From Owenia fusiformis (Eukaryota): a stretch of 64,000 nucleotides of DNA. Both the position numbers and the translations under genes were made by a program. Under the pieces are notes generated by a model that ran no database searches, was not told the origin of the DNA, and worked only from the letters and a program-made list of their open reading frames with translations. This document shows, one piece after another, positions 1-11,410 of this stretch (its first letter is position 1; every line of letters starts with the position of its first letter). The stretch lies in the NCBI GenBank assembly GCA_903813345.2, contig CAIIXF020000001.1, positions 10,354,001 to 10,418,000 of the forward strand, written 5' to 3'.

Positions 1-380
1 TTGAATTATGAAAGGAATAGCTGAAATGTGGATGAAAGTCTACATGGAAATGTTTGACCAAATACTCCTTTAAGGAGCTACAGACTTTGGCTTTTTCAAT
101 TCCAGTTTTGGGTGGACATTGTCTGGTTTAGCATTAGATGCATATGTCAGATTTTTGAATTGATTTTGCATAAAATATATTAGTTTTATACATTAAACTG
201 TCAGTGTTGTTTTATGCCTTAGTGCTATGATGCCTGCTACAGTACAAGTTATGGGTGTGGTGATTTCCATACATAAGTTTGTTCATCGACTAGATGTTAG
301 ATGGGAATTGCTATGCCCTGGTGTTGCTATTGTCAAGATTATGTACAATTTGTAATATCAGATAAAATTCATATTCTTAC

Positions 381-3300
381 TTATTAAATTCAGCAGATGA
401 ATATGTTGAATTACAACCTGAAAAAGAAAGAGTTCAAATTGTATTTTAAGTCTAGCCATGGATCACTGGCCAACTAAACAATAAATTGCATGAATCCAGA
501 ATTGCAGAGCCTTACTCAAATAATATTGTGACCAGATACAAGTTGTTTTTTGAAAAATTGTAAGATGACTTTGGACACACAATATAGGCTTCGTTGAAGT
601 ATCATTTTTAATGAGATCTAAAGGAGATCTGCATTTTTAACATTCACTTAAAAACTAAGTTAACATTTTCTTCTAATTAACTTTTTTCAGGTGTCCCCAT
701 ATTATAAATAGTATTCTGGCCAAACAAAAGCCTCTACTGCCATCTATTTATCCATCTATATAGCAACTTCTCTGTTTGATATATGCAAAGTGAATATCCT
801 CTCTGACAAGCAAGAACTAACTATGAAATTGTAATTTCATTCCTGTGTTCTTACCTTTTGAGTTATATGCATTCTCACATGTTGACCATGGTAATGTAAA
901 AGTGAAGGAATTGACCAAATAGTATATACCCCAGCCAAGCACCATATTGTAATATATCATCAGAAGGAAAGCGGCAATATACCCTGCAAATCCAATTCCT
1001 AAAAGGAAATATTTAACTTTTTATGTCACCACCAAAAGTGGTGACATATTGTTATGGTCTCCGTTTTTTTGCGACGGCGGTTGGTGGTTGGCGGTTGGTG
1101 GTTGGAGGTTGGCGTCCGGCGTCCAGCGTCTGTAACAATTTCTTACAACTTCCTATAACTTAACAAATACTGTTTAGACTGACTTCAATTTTTTTCTAAA
1201 TCATCTACATGTTCTCAGAAGTTCAAATCTGACTTTAGATTTGACATTTGACCTTCAATGACCTTCTCAAGGTCAAAAAGGTCTTTTTTCAACTTGCTTC
1301 ACATTGACTAAATTTTTTACAAAATCATCTACATGTTCTCAGAAATTCAAATCTGACTTTAGATTTGACTTTAGATTTGACATTTGACCTTCAAATCTGA
1401 CTTTAGATTTGACATTTGACCTTCAATGACCTTCTCAAGGTCAAAAAAGGTCAAAAAGGTCTGTTTTCAACTTGCTTCAAATTGACTAAATTTTTTTTTC
1501 AAAATCATCTACGTGTTCTCAGAAATTCAAATCTGACTTTAGATTTGACTTAAGATTTGACATTTGACCTTCAATGACCTTCTCAAAGTCAAAAAAGGTC
1601 AAAAAGGTCTTTTTTCAACTTGCTTCAAATTGACTAAATTTTTTTTTTCAAAATCATCTACATGTTCTCAGAAATTCAAATCTGACTTTAGATTTGACAT
1701 TTGACCTTCAATGACCTTCTCAAAGTCAAAAAAGGTCAAAAAGGTCTTTTTTCAACTTGCTTCAAATTGACTAAATTCTTTTTTCAAAATCATCTACATG
1801 TTCTCAGATATTCAAATCTGACTTTAGATTTGACATTTGACCTTCAATGACCTTCTCAATGTCAAAAAGGGTCAAAAAGGTATTTTTTCATCTTGCTTCA
1901 AATTGACTAAATTTTTTTTTCAGAATCATCTACATGTTCTCAGAAATTCAAATATGACTTTAGATTTGACATTTGACCTTCAATGACCTTCTCAAGGTCA
2001 AAAAAGGTCAAAAAGGTCTTTTTCAACTTGCTTCAAATTGACTAATTTTTTTTTCAAAATCATCTACATGTTCTCAGAAATTCAAATCTGACTTTAGATT
2101 TGACATTTGACCTTTAATGACCTTCTCAAGGTCAAAAAGGTCTGTTTTAAACTTGCTTCAAATTGACCAATTTTTTTCAAAATCATCTACATCTTTTCAA
2201 AAGTTCAAATTTGACTTTACAAGTTCTCAGAAGTTCAAATCTGACTTTAGATTTGACCTTTGACCTTCAATGACCTTCTCAAGGTCAAAAGGTATTTTCC
2301 AACTTGCTTTAAATTGACCAAATTGTTTTAGGTGGTGACATTTTGTCATGTTAATGCCTTGTTAATATATTGAATAGTTTTTAATATAGATTCAGGCTAT
2401 TTTTCTACTACTTATGGCTGTAACGTTACAAAAAAATATTAATGAAATATTTAATAGATTTTTGAGTATCTCTTTTGTGCTTCCTAAACTCAAACTTCCT
2501 TGGGGGAGCTTCAGTTACAAGTGTAGGAAAGTCTATAAATTATTGTTTTCTAATGGCAGTAACTGGATCCATCATGAGAACATTCTGATCACATGGAAAA
2601 AATTGAGTTATAGGCTATTGTCATGTTATTTCAACTGTAATATTAGATATGCACATGTAGCATCTTTATTTATAAATTTGATATGGATGTTGAGTGTTGA
2701 CACAATAGATGGAAATCAAAACTCTGATAGTTTAAGTCACCAGAGCGCATCTACATGTACTGTAACATGTGCTAAAAATCAGCTAGTTCAGATTAAAACT
2801 AACTTGTATATGTACTTGATTAAAAAACAGTATACCTCTAAACACAGGCACACAGTTCCAGGCTGCAGGAGACCCTCTACTGCAGAACTGTCCCAGGCCT
2901 AACTCTAGGAGGGTGAGGGGGATACCCACCAAAATCATCATTATAACATATGGCACCAGGAATGCACCACCTCCGTTGTTGTACACCAAATAGGGGAACC
3001 TCCAAATATTGCCTGACAGATAGTTGATGAGCGAATTAATGTTAAATATTATGTATCATGGGGAGGTGATCAAGAACTGCAATTTTAAGATTTTTGAAAA
3101 CTGAAAAAGGTCACATTTTCTTGGTTAAATTTTACTTGTTTCAAAGTGAACAAATTTTTGTTGTAATCATTATCTACAAGTTGCAAGGAGTTTACCTTTG
3201 GTTGACCTTTAGTAATATTTGAATAATCAATGTTAAGGTGAAGGTCATCGCAAAAACAGTTTTCTTTGTCTCTCAAAGTTTGGAATGACAGGTCAATAAA

Positions 3301-3711
3301 GTCAATATTTTTGATCATCAATTTTGATTCAGATTCAGGCCAGAAAATGTCCTGATGAGGTCTTTTAAGGTCAAAGATCAATTTTGATCGCTATATGATA
3401 GTCTAGTTTTGATTATAACACTTACCAAGACCAACATTCATGCCCAGTACAGCCAGGATGAAATCCATGCAGTTAGACCAGTTGCCTCTGTGTTTATTCT
3501 CATCAGTTTCAAATATGACCTCTGTTTCATTATCATCGTGGTACTCATTTGGCATTGAGGGTTGTGTGCTGTATGGTGCCATTTGTGGTGGAGGGGGATA
3601 ATCCCTGCTCTTTCTGGGGTAGTCATCAATCTCAGAGTCGTCATAATTCTTGGGGTAGTTATTGCTGTTCTCGCCCTCTGTATGTTTATCCCCTCTATCG
3701 AACTCTTGCAT
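381..3711 (-). CDS. SLC6 family sodium/chloride-dependent neurotransmitter or amino-acid transporter (5' exons; gene continues left of the window)
   Basis: Exons (minus): 3711-3426, 3012-2836, 998-855, probably 417-381, with GT-AG borders and matching phases. Translation gives [43 protein letters not shown]...LELGLGQF...GIGFAG...YYNMVLGW...LPWSTC, the SLC6/SNF TM1-TM3 signature. Subfamily not determinable by eye. Confidence 0.93.
1021..2363 (+). mobile_element. Non-autonomous Helentron-type element (HINE/DINE-like) with internal ~135-bp tandem array
   Basis: Starts TTATGTCACCACCAAAAGTGGTGACA (hairpin/subTIR), then a GGCGTCC/GGTT microsatellite-like tract, ~8-9 copies of a ~135-bp unit, and ends GGTGGTGACATTTTGTCATG...CCTTGTT in T-rich flanks. 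Near-identical copy at 50537-52359. Confidence 0.75.
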
Positions 3712-4239
3712 CTCTGTAACTTCAACTGCAGCCTGTTGTCATCACATACAAGATATAAAGTTGTGTGAACAGCTTTTATTTGGTCATTAAGCCTGCATTT
3801 ATCACATATTAGAACTATTGGTCACATATTAGTATCAACAGGTTCTTTTTGGCTCATTTTTAGCAGAGAAGACAACTCAATTAATCAATGAATTAGGGAA
3901 AGCAGACTCATTTAAAATATATTAAAACTTAATCTTAATTTTATTTAACCCATCATGCTTTCATCAGCCAACGAGGTCAACTGCGTGAGTGAGCATCATT
4001 TGGTGCATTCTGACCAATTCAAGAGCAAGAATAGGGGGGAAAGGATCCGTTACCCAATGTACCTGAAGGTGCTCCCAAAGGTTTCATTGAAAATAATATG
4101 GAAATAATTACTTTTATCAATTATGAACACATCAAAAATGAAATTAGGTCATCTGGATTAAAACTAAGGTCATTCAGTGCATTTAAGTTTGACTACGCAA
4201 ATCATTCTAAATATCATTTTAGGGGTATGTTAGTCTTCA

Positions 4240-4710
4240 TTCATGATCATTTTAAGTATGTTGACCATTCCTCAATCGATATATCGAAACATCGTTAAGG
4301 TAGAACACAAAGGGTAACATATTGAAAACACATATCATAAAAAAAACTAAAAACTTAATATATATTTTGAAAAAATGAACCTTCATAAATGTGTTCTCAA
4401 CAATAGTACCATGATCACCTCAGTTGGTATACAGTAGGCATTCAACTAGAGGGTATATTAAAACATCATTAAGGTGGGACAAAAAGGGCAACATACTGAA
4501 AACACAAATCATAAAATAGCCCCGAAAAATAACCCTTTAAAATAATATATCATATGATAAAATGAACCGTTTTAAATGTGTTCTGAACAATAGTACCATG
4601 ATCACCCTTAGCATTACCCTAGCTATTCAACTTAGATACTATGTCAAAACATCATTAAAGATAAGGTATAACACGAAGAGCAACAGTTGAAACTACAAAA
4701 CCTAAATTCA
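4240..4710. repeat. Degenerate tandem repeat, ~3 copies of ~175-185 bp
   Basis: Recurrent AAACATC(G/A)TTAA(G/A) motif at ~4286, ~4461 and ~4647; AATGTGTTCT.AACAATAGTACCATGATCACC at ~4388 and ~4575. Confidence 0.6.
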
Positions 4711-4910
4711 AGCTAAATTTAGTTGCAACTTTCCGTTGCATTATATTTTCATTTGGCATCGTCAAAGAAATTAAAACAATGATAGATGACATAATGGTCT
4801 TAGTTTATTTCATATGAACAATTAACAAGCAATATTTATCTAAACGAAAGACTAACCGAAACATATTTTTTCAATTATCAGGCTCAATGCTTACATATCG
4901 CATGTTTTAA

Positions 4911-5324
4911 GGACAGGGTGCATGTTGGGAAATTTTCTGCATTCCTCAATTGAGTCACATGTTATTTTTCAAACATGAATAACTCCTTCCCCACATTGTC
5001 TACATCTTCCAAGTTTGCACAAAGAGTGCACTTCTGTGCCTAGAAAAGCCTTGTGAGAAGGTTTGTTTTGTAAAATGTATAAAAAACGAGAAAATTCAGT
5101 GAAAAAAATTTCTGAAAATTTTCTGATTTTTTTCACTGAATTTTCTTGTTTTTTATACACTTTATCAAAACATTCTTCTCACAAGTCTTTTCTAGGCACA
5201 GAAGTGCACTCTTTGTGCAAAACTGGAAGATATAGACAATGAAGGGAAGGAGTGATTCTTGTTTGAAAAATAACATGTGACTCAATTGAGGAATGCAGAA
5301 AATTTCCCATCATGCACCCTGACC
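4911..5324. mobile_element. Palindromic MITE with TTAA TSD (Kolobok-like)
   Basis: TTAA|GGACAGGGTGCATG...CATGCACCCTGACC|TTAA; arms are complementary over ~200 bp, almost to the centre. Confidence 0.75.
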
Positions 5325-7024
5325 TTAACAGTATACCCCATGAACAGATATTTGAAAAACATATTTTAAGTTACCTGTTATTAATTGCTTGCAAATGAAT
5401 CATGTTTTCTTTGATCTTGTTATCATTGAAAATTAAATACAAGTCTGTTTAGAGGTTTGAACATCGGATCCCGGGTTTAATGTCTCTGTGGCGTGATATG
5501 TTGACGCAATCGTTATTGTAAATGACAGAGTTTGTTGGAAGGTTCAGTCCAGAATGTCTTTCAAAATAAGATTTTCTATTTTGTTAGAAGGTTCTATGAA
5601 ACCTACCTACCTTAAAGTCTCCGATAAATCGGGCTACGTATACCGCCGTGTTTACATTAGGGGATTAGAAGAGTTTATTTTTTATTTAGGTATGCAAGCT
5701 ACGTATATCAATATTAGGCCTTCATTCATGTACTCGTGTGCATGTAATTACTAATCAGCATGCCCTTCAATATTATGTAAACCAGGCTATTCAAGTATAA
5801 TGTACACTTTATGTTCATGTAGAGTATAGATATGGCCGTGAGAGTCGTACATGTAAAATTATTAATATAAAATTAATATAAATAAATATTGAGCCAATTA
5901 ACACAAAACACAATACCTTGGAAAATAATGGCTAATTCAAGTTAATTAGCTACAAGAGTTTACAATTTGACATAACTGTTAATTAGCTCAATTGGATATA
6001 TTATAATACCATCTCCAACTCATCTTCTTGGGCGAAAATAAATCTCCAACTGGTGGTGTAAGCTGGGGAAGGAGGTGAGGGAAAAGAATCGAAATGTATA
6101 ACTTACATTGATGTTAATGGATTTTGTACGCAACTAGGGAGAAAACCCTCCAACTACAATCCTATCGAAATCTCGTCTGAAGTCTCATCTCGTACTCTCG
6201 AGATCTGAAGCTTGATGTTTCGTTCAGTGTAACTTACCAGAAACATTTACCTGGGATAACCGGGGAATGGTCTTCTCAGGGCTTGTTCATACCTAAACCT
6301 TAACCGACTCTCACATTGCCATAAATGAAATTATTGTCAATAATTTGAATTTATGTTCATGTAGAGTATAGATATGGCCGTGAGAGTCGTACATGTAAAA
6401 TTATTAATATAAAATTAATATAAATAAATATTGAGCCAATTAACACAAAACACAATACCTTGGAAAATAATGGCTAATTCAAGTTAATTAGCTACAAGAG
6501 TTTACAATTTGACATAACTGTTAATTAGCTCAATTGGATATATTATAATACCATCTCCAACTCATCTTCTTGGGCGAAAATAAGGCCATGCGCGATCTCT
6601 CGCGAGAGCCCAAAAGAAAAGAAGATTAATTAGAAAGTAGTTAAATCATTTATTGATACACACAAATCAATACATGAATACCAAAATATAAGAACATCAT
6701 AGAAATGAACTAAAGTAAATCCGCAAATTCTGAAATATGGATGGACAAATTAATGTAATGTAATGTAATATGCTGTCAATCTCAAGTAAGATAAAGGAAT
6801 TAGAATTGAATGAAAATTTTTGAATTCAGAAAGTGCGGGTTTATCTCAAATAAATTTCTAGTACATCATGAAGAAAAAACAGTAGCTACTTGAAATTTGC
6901 ATGCTCGACACCTGTCTGAGCCACTTTGGGGTTTACATGAAAATTGAATACTCGACACCTGTCTGAGCAACTTGGGGCTTTAATGAAAATTGCATACTCG
7001 ACACCAGTCTGAGTTTAAAAATGT

Positions 7025-7890
7025 CTACCTAATATATATTTTTAATGTAAGTATGTAAGTCATCTCCCAATCTTTTTGATAGTATAGTCATCAGGTCCAA
7101 GATTTGTGGCCCATGTAGTTCCGCCTATCTGCAAACTGTGGCATTTATAGAAGGTAGGATCTACCTGACATTGAACAAAGAGTTTGTGAAGAAAATTGTT
7201 AAATACAGAAGTCTTCACTGGAGCATCTCTATAAATGAAAAGAAGACCTGATGTTAAAGGACCTGATGTTCAGGTACAACTTCATATGTAATACTGGACA
7301 ACAAGATGGTAATTGAGAATTAATTGATATCGTAGCAGGAGATGAGCTATGTTTAAAATGTGAAAAAGTAATAATGAAAAGGCTTCATCGGGAGAGAATT
7401 TAATACTTTCTAACTGTAAGTTGTGTCCTGCAGAAGTACTTGTCAACTCACTACTTCTTAGTAAGCCAAAAAGGCTGTAGATAACATAGATCTGTACAAG
7501 ACTTGAGCAAAAGGGTCAAAATCTACATCAGAAGTTTTAGAAATCGTTTGTTCTAACAAAGCTGTGTTGATTGGCAATCTAGTGTCTATGCTAGGATTTT
7601 TTTTTTTTTTTTTTTTTTATTTACAAAAACCGGAAACTATTTGAGAGACTACATAAGAAGTAGTGGGATCCTTGAAATTGTTAAATGTGAAAATATGATA
7701 GATATGATATACCAGACAGAATTGACTTGAATGAATTAGGGGCATAATTCTTTAAACGAAGATGTGCTGCAAAAAGGCTAGCAGAGGCTGGGGTTAGAGG
7801 AAATTCACCTATACCTGTCTGGGAATTGAACTGTACTAATAAATCATATGACTTTCTGGTAGACGGGGCTTGGGCAGCTTGAAGTGCTTC
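7025..7890 (-). pseudogene. Tyrosine recombinase (YR) remnant of the Ngaro element
   Basis: Frameshifted fragments APSTRKSY..LFAAHLRLKNYAPNSFKSILSGIS, RLPINTALLE, FGLLRSSEL (RxxE), CPVLHM, CHSLQIGGTTWA (HSxRxG box, R lost), IKKIGR*..KYIR. Confidence 0.85.
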
Positions 7891-7914
7891 TAAAAAAAAT
7901 AGAAAGTAACATAA

Positions 7915-9065
7915 ATTGTTTCTAGATAAAGCGTCAGCAGCAGAATTAAGAATACCAGCAATGTGTTCACTTTGAACATGATATTGTTTGAGAGACATTT
8001 TAATATATAGGAAGTAAGAGTTGCATGGACGTTTGATTGCTGGTAGAAAAATTATTTCGGTATGTTCACTACTGCTTCATTGTCAGAATGCAGGATAACT
8101 GTGTGTCCAGACATAAATTTTGCCTATGTAGGTATAGCAGTAACAATAGGATATAATTCAAGAATATTGAAGTCCAATTCTTTCCATTCTGATGGCCATT
8201 CCCCTTTAAACCAAAGATTATTGCAAACGGCTCAATAGCCTATCATAGTAGAAGCATCGGTAAATAGATGCAAATGTTCTCTTGTCTCTTGTTCTTCTGT
8301 AAGGAAAAAGGGTTTGCCATTAAAGTGAATTAGAAACTCTTTGCACATTAATAAATCCTGGATAGATGGAGTGTTGATAAGATTTTATAATGTAGCTCCT
8401 TCATTTTTTAGATAGATGAAGAAATATTGAAATAAATGATCTACCGAAAGGAATCACACAACAACAGTAGCTAAGGAATCCTATAGCAGATAAAGTTCTA
8501 TTTTTTTTTTAACTTTCTTTGGTTTTGGCTTAATGGTGAAGGGGTTGATGTTACATAAAGTGTCAATGATTGTTTTGCCATTCCATGGGCAAACGAGCTT
8601 CTAATAGTCTTACACAAGAAGCAACCTTTTCCTAAATGTTTTATAATATCGACGGCTTGTTGTACGGTTGCATATTTAACTGTAGAAGTTTCGTCTGGGA
8701 TAGTATCATTATGGATTGGCCTCTGGGATGTGATAAGTTGTGAATAACACACAATTCACCTGGAGATTTTTAGGAACGAGAAATAAGGGTGAAATAACAT
8801 AATATCAAATGGTGGCTGGTCAAAAGGTCCAAGTATTCTACCAGCTTTAAGATCTTTGTTTAATTTTTTGAGAGCTTCTGGGTTCTTAGATATGATGACA
8901 AATTATCATGAGTAATGTTGTAATGTTCTGGCAAATCAGAGTGAGGAAATTTTAAATCCATACTAGAAACCATGAACTGTTTCTTCTTGATGTTCATAGC
9001 CTTCAAGCCAATATCTGAGTCTTTCAGGTTTAACTGGAGTAACAACTGGTGTTGACATAAGTTCA
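7915..9065 (-). pseudogene. Reverse transcriptase N-terminus + RNase H remnant of the Ngaro element
   Basis: TPVKPERLRYWLEGY, KAGRILGPFDQPPFD, NDTIPDETSTVKYATVQQAVDIIKHLGKGCFLCK; RNase H LFTDAS..WFKGEW..ILELYPIV..LHSDNEAVV..HIAGILNSAADALSR. No YxDD core seen (apparently deleted). Confidence 0.85.
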
Positions 9066-9099
9066 CTCGAAGGTTTTTTTTTTTTTGGAGTCTCCAGTA

Positions 9100-9312
9100 C
9101 CTGAGCGCTTTTTGTTGGGGAATTGGGCTTGCCTGCCGTTGTTGCGGGAGTAACATTTGACATGGAGTGTTTTGAACGATTGCAAGTTGGGCAGGTGTGG
9201 TTAAAGGGACAAGGGGATATATATTTCAAGAGGTGAGGGGTTTGATCATGAAATCTTTGGGTATAGACAGCAATAAATATACTGAATGCTCGGACCCATT
9301 CTGGAAATGAAA

Positions 9313-9354
<42 letters not shown>

Positions 9355-9961
9355 AAGGGATTAAATTCAAATGTTTTGATTCAAAAGAATTGTCAGATTA
9401 CATCTCACAGAGGACATAATCAATGTTTTTGTCTTCTTCAATACAATCATGAATCAATACATGAATACCAAAAATATAAGAACATCATAGAAATGAATTA
9501 AAGTAAATCCGCAAAATCTGAAATATGGACAAATTAATGTAATGTAATATGTTGAAAAAATGGAAATTGGATTCATAGAAGCTACTGACACCTGTCCTTG
9601 TAGCATGGCAATTGTGTTGGGAATTAATCCATAAGCTGTAGAGACGGGTTGGGAATTATGAAAAGCTGAAAGGTTAGTAGAGACTGGAGGGATGAAAGGG
9701 TAGGGTTGGATATTAGCGCTTGATGCAAAAGATGGAATAGGGCGAGTAATAGATGCTGTGGGTCTATTTAGAGAGAATGAAATGTTGGGTTGGAATGGAA
9801 GATGTAGTGGAATAAGAAGGGAAAGGGGATAAGGGAAAAGTTGTTGTAAAGTTGCCTCTTATTAAAGTGGGCATAGACTTGGCTGCAGTCAGGGTATTAG
9901 AAGTGTGATACTCTTCTATAGTAATACTTGGGCTAGGATCAGATCCTTCAGTTCCAGACAT
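9100..9961 (-). pseudogene. gag-like remnant of the Ngaro element
   Basis: S/P/T-rich N-terminal fragment, then LSFPEWVRAFSIFIAVY...LLKYI and Cys/His knuckle CPFNHTCPTCNRSKH, typical of DIRS/Ngaro gag. Confidence 0.7.
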
Positions 9962-10054
9962 CTGGAATGAAATAAGTAGTATTTATATAGAGGGTAAGCA
10001 ACTTCAAGACATAATAACATTTTTAGATAAATATAAATAGAAGCACATGCTCCA

Positions 10055-10660
10055 TGTTAGATGTATATAAATATGATGCCCATAAGGCTAATCATAATAG
10101 ATATGATTTAGAATACACTGCATAAATAAATGCATATGATATATAAAGATTATGAATTATCATAATATAAATATGATGCCCATAAGGCTAATCATAATAA
10201 ATATGATTTAGAATACACTGCATAAATAAATGCATAATATATATAAAGATTATGAAGTATCATAATATAAATATGATGCCCATAAGGCTAATCATAATAA
10301 ATATGATTTAGAATACACTGCATAAATAAATGCAAATGATATATAAAAATTATATTTTATCATAATATAAATATGATAACCTTTAAGAATAAAGGTAAAG
10401 AATACAATGCATTAATAAATGCATATGATATATAAAATAATATGAATTATCATAATATAAATATGATAACCTTAAGAATAAAGGTAAAGTATACAATGCA
10501 TGAATAAATGCATATGATATATAAAATAATATGAATTTTATCATAATATAAATATGATAACATATCATGTCTAAAGGTATAGTATACACTGCATGAATAA
10601 ATGCAGATGATATACAAAATAATATATATTTATCATAATAGAAATATGATAACATATAAG
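10055..10660. repeat. AT-rich minisatellite (~100-bp, then ~92-bp units) inside the Ngaro element
   Basis: AAATATGATGCCCATAAGGCTAATCATAAT...TTATCATAATAT repeated at 10070, 10170 and 10270, followed by divergent copies. Confidence 0.85.
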
Positions 10661-10859
10661 TAAACAGGAAACTAAATTTCCTAATATAAGTATAGTACTT
10701 ATGAAGGATAACTAAGTGAATAAACTATTGTGAATAGTTAACGACTCTCTGGCTTATGTTTGGTTAGAGAAGAGTAGCCGTCTCTTCTAATGTTAAGTCT
10801 AATTATTATTACCTAATAAATGTAATCAAGAAATCTCAGGATTGCGCCTTTCCAGGACT

Positions 10860-11410
10860 TGACGAAACGCTTTTCCCCTTTGCATTGAGATGTATGGGAT
10901 CGTAGGAGTCATCTATCAAATTTGACCATTGATTTTTTATTGGGTGGTATGTGGGTGATGGAGGAAGAAAAGTCTATTGCCCTTATGAGATGAATATCAT
11001 TTAACAATTTGAAATTGGTAGATAAAATTTTTTGAATTATATTGAATGCATTCTGAAACAGTATTGATCGAGGATTTGAAAGGATGCCATGAGCATTGAA
11101 ATAGTTCTCCAATATAAAAGGCTTTTAATGAAGGATGTATATCTAAATATTGTTCAGTCAAAGTGATGAGATTTTCTGCAACAAAGGTAGATGATCTATG
11201 AACCAGATCAATTTCTCCTAGCTGTAAAATAGCCATATCTGGGTAGGGATTTTTATATTTTACATCATCTTGAAATTGTTTAATTGTATATACAATGGTG
11301 GTATTATAGTTAACTATGTCTTCCTTTAATTTAAAGTCAAATTGGTTAGATTCTTCTATTTTTCGAACAAAAATGTGGCCTATAACGTTGACCCTAATAT
11401 CATTAGGCAT
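10860..11410 (-). pseudogene. SGNH/GDSL hydrolase-like ORF carried by the Ngaro element
   Basis: Block I VIGHIFVR (GHS to GHI), block III PDMAILQLGEIDL (GxND to GEID) and, after a frameshift, block V YDPIHLNAKG (~10905-10875). Confidence 0.7.

Noticed and set aside
2414-2902. 162-aa plus-strand ORF
   Set aside because: No recognisable motif; lies in an SLC6 intron and antisense to its exon; not PRPF6-like.
9286-9501. Poly-Phe / poly-Lys ORF segments
   Set aside because: Translation of a homopolymer tract inside a decayed retroelement.
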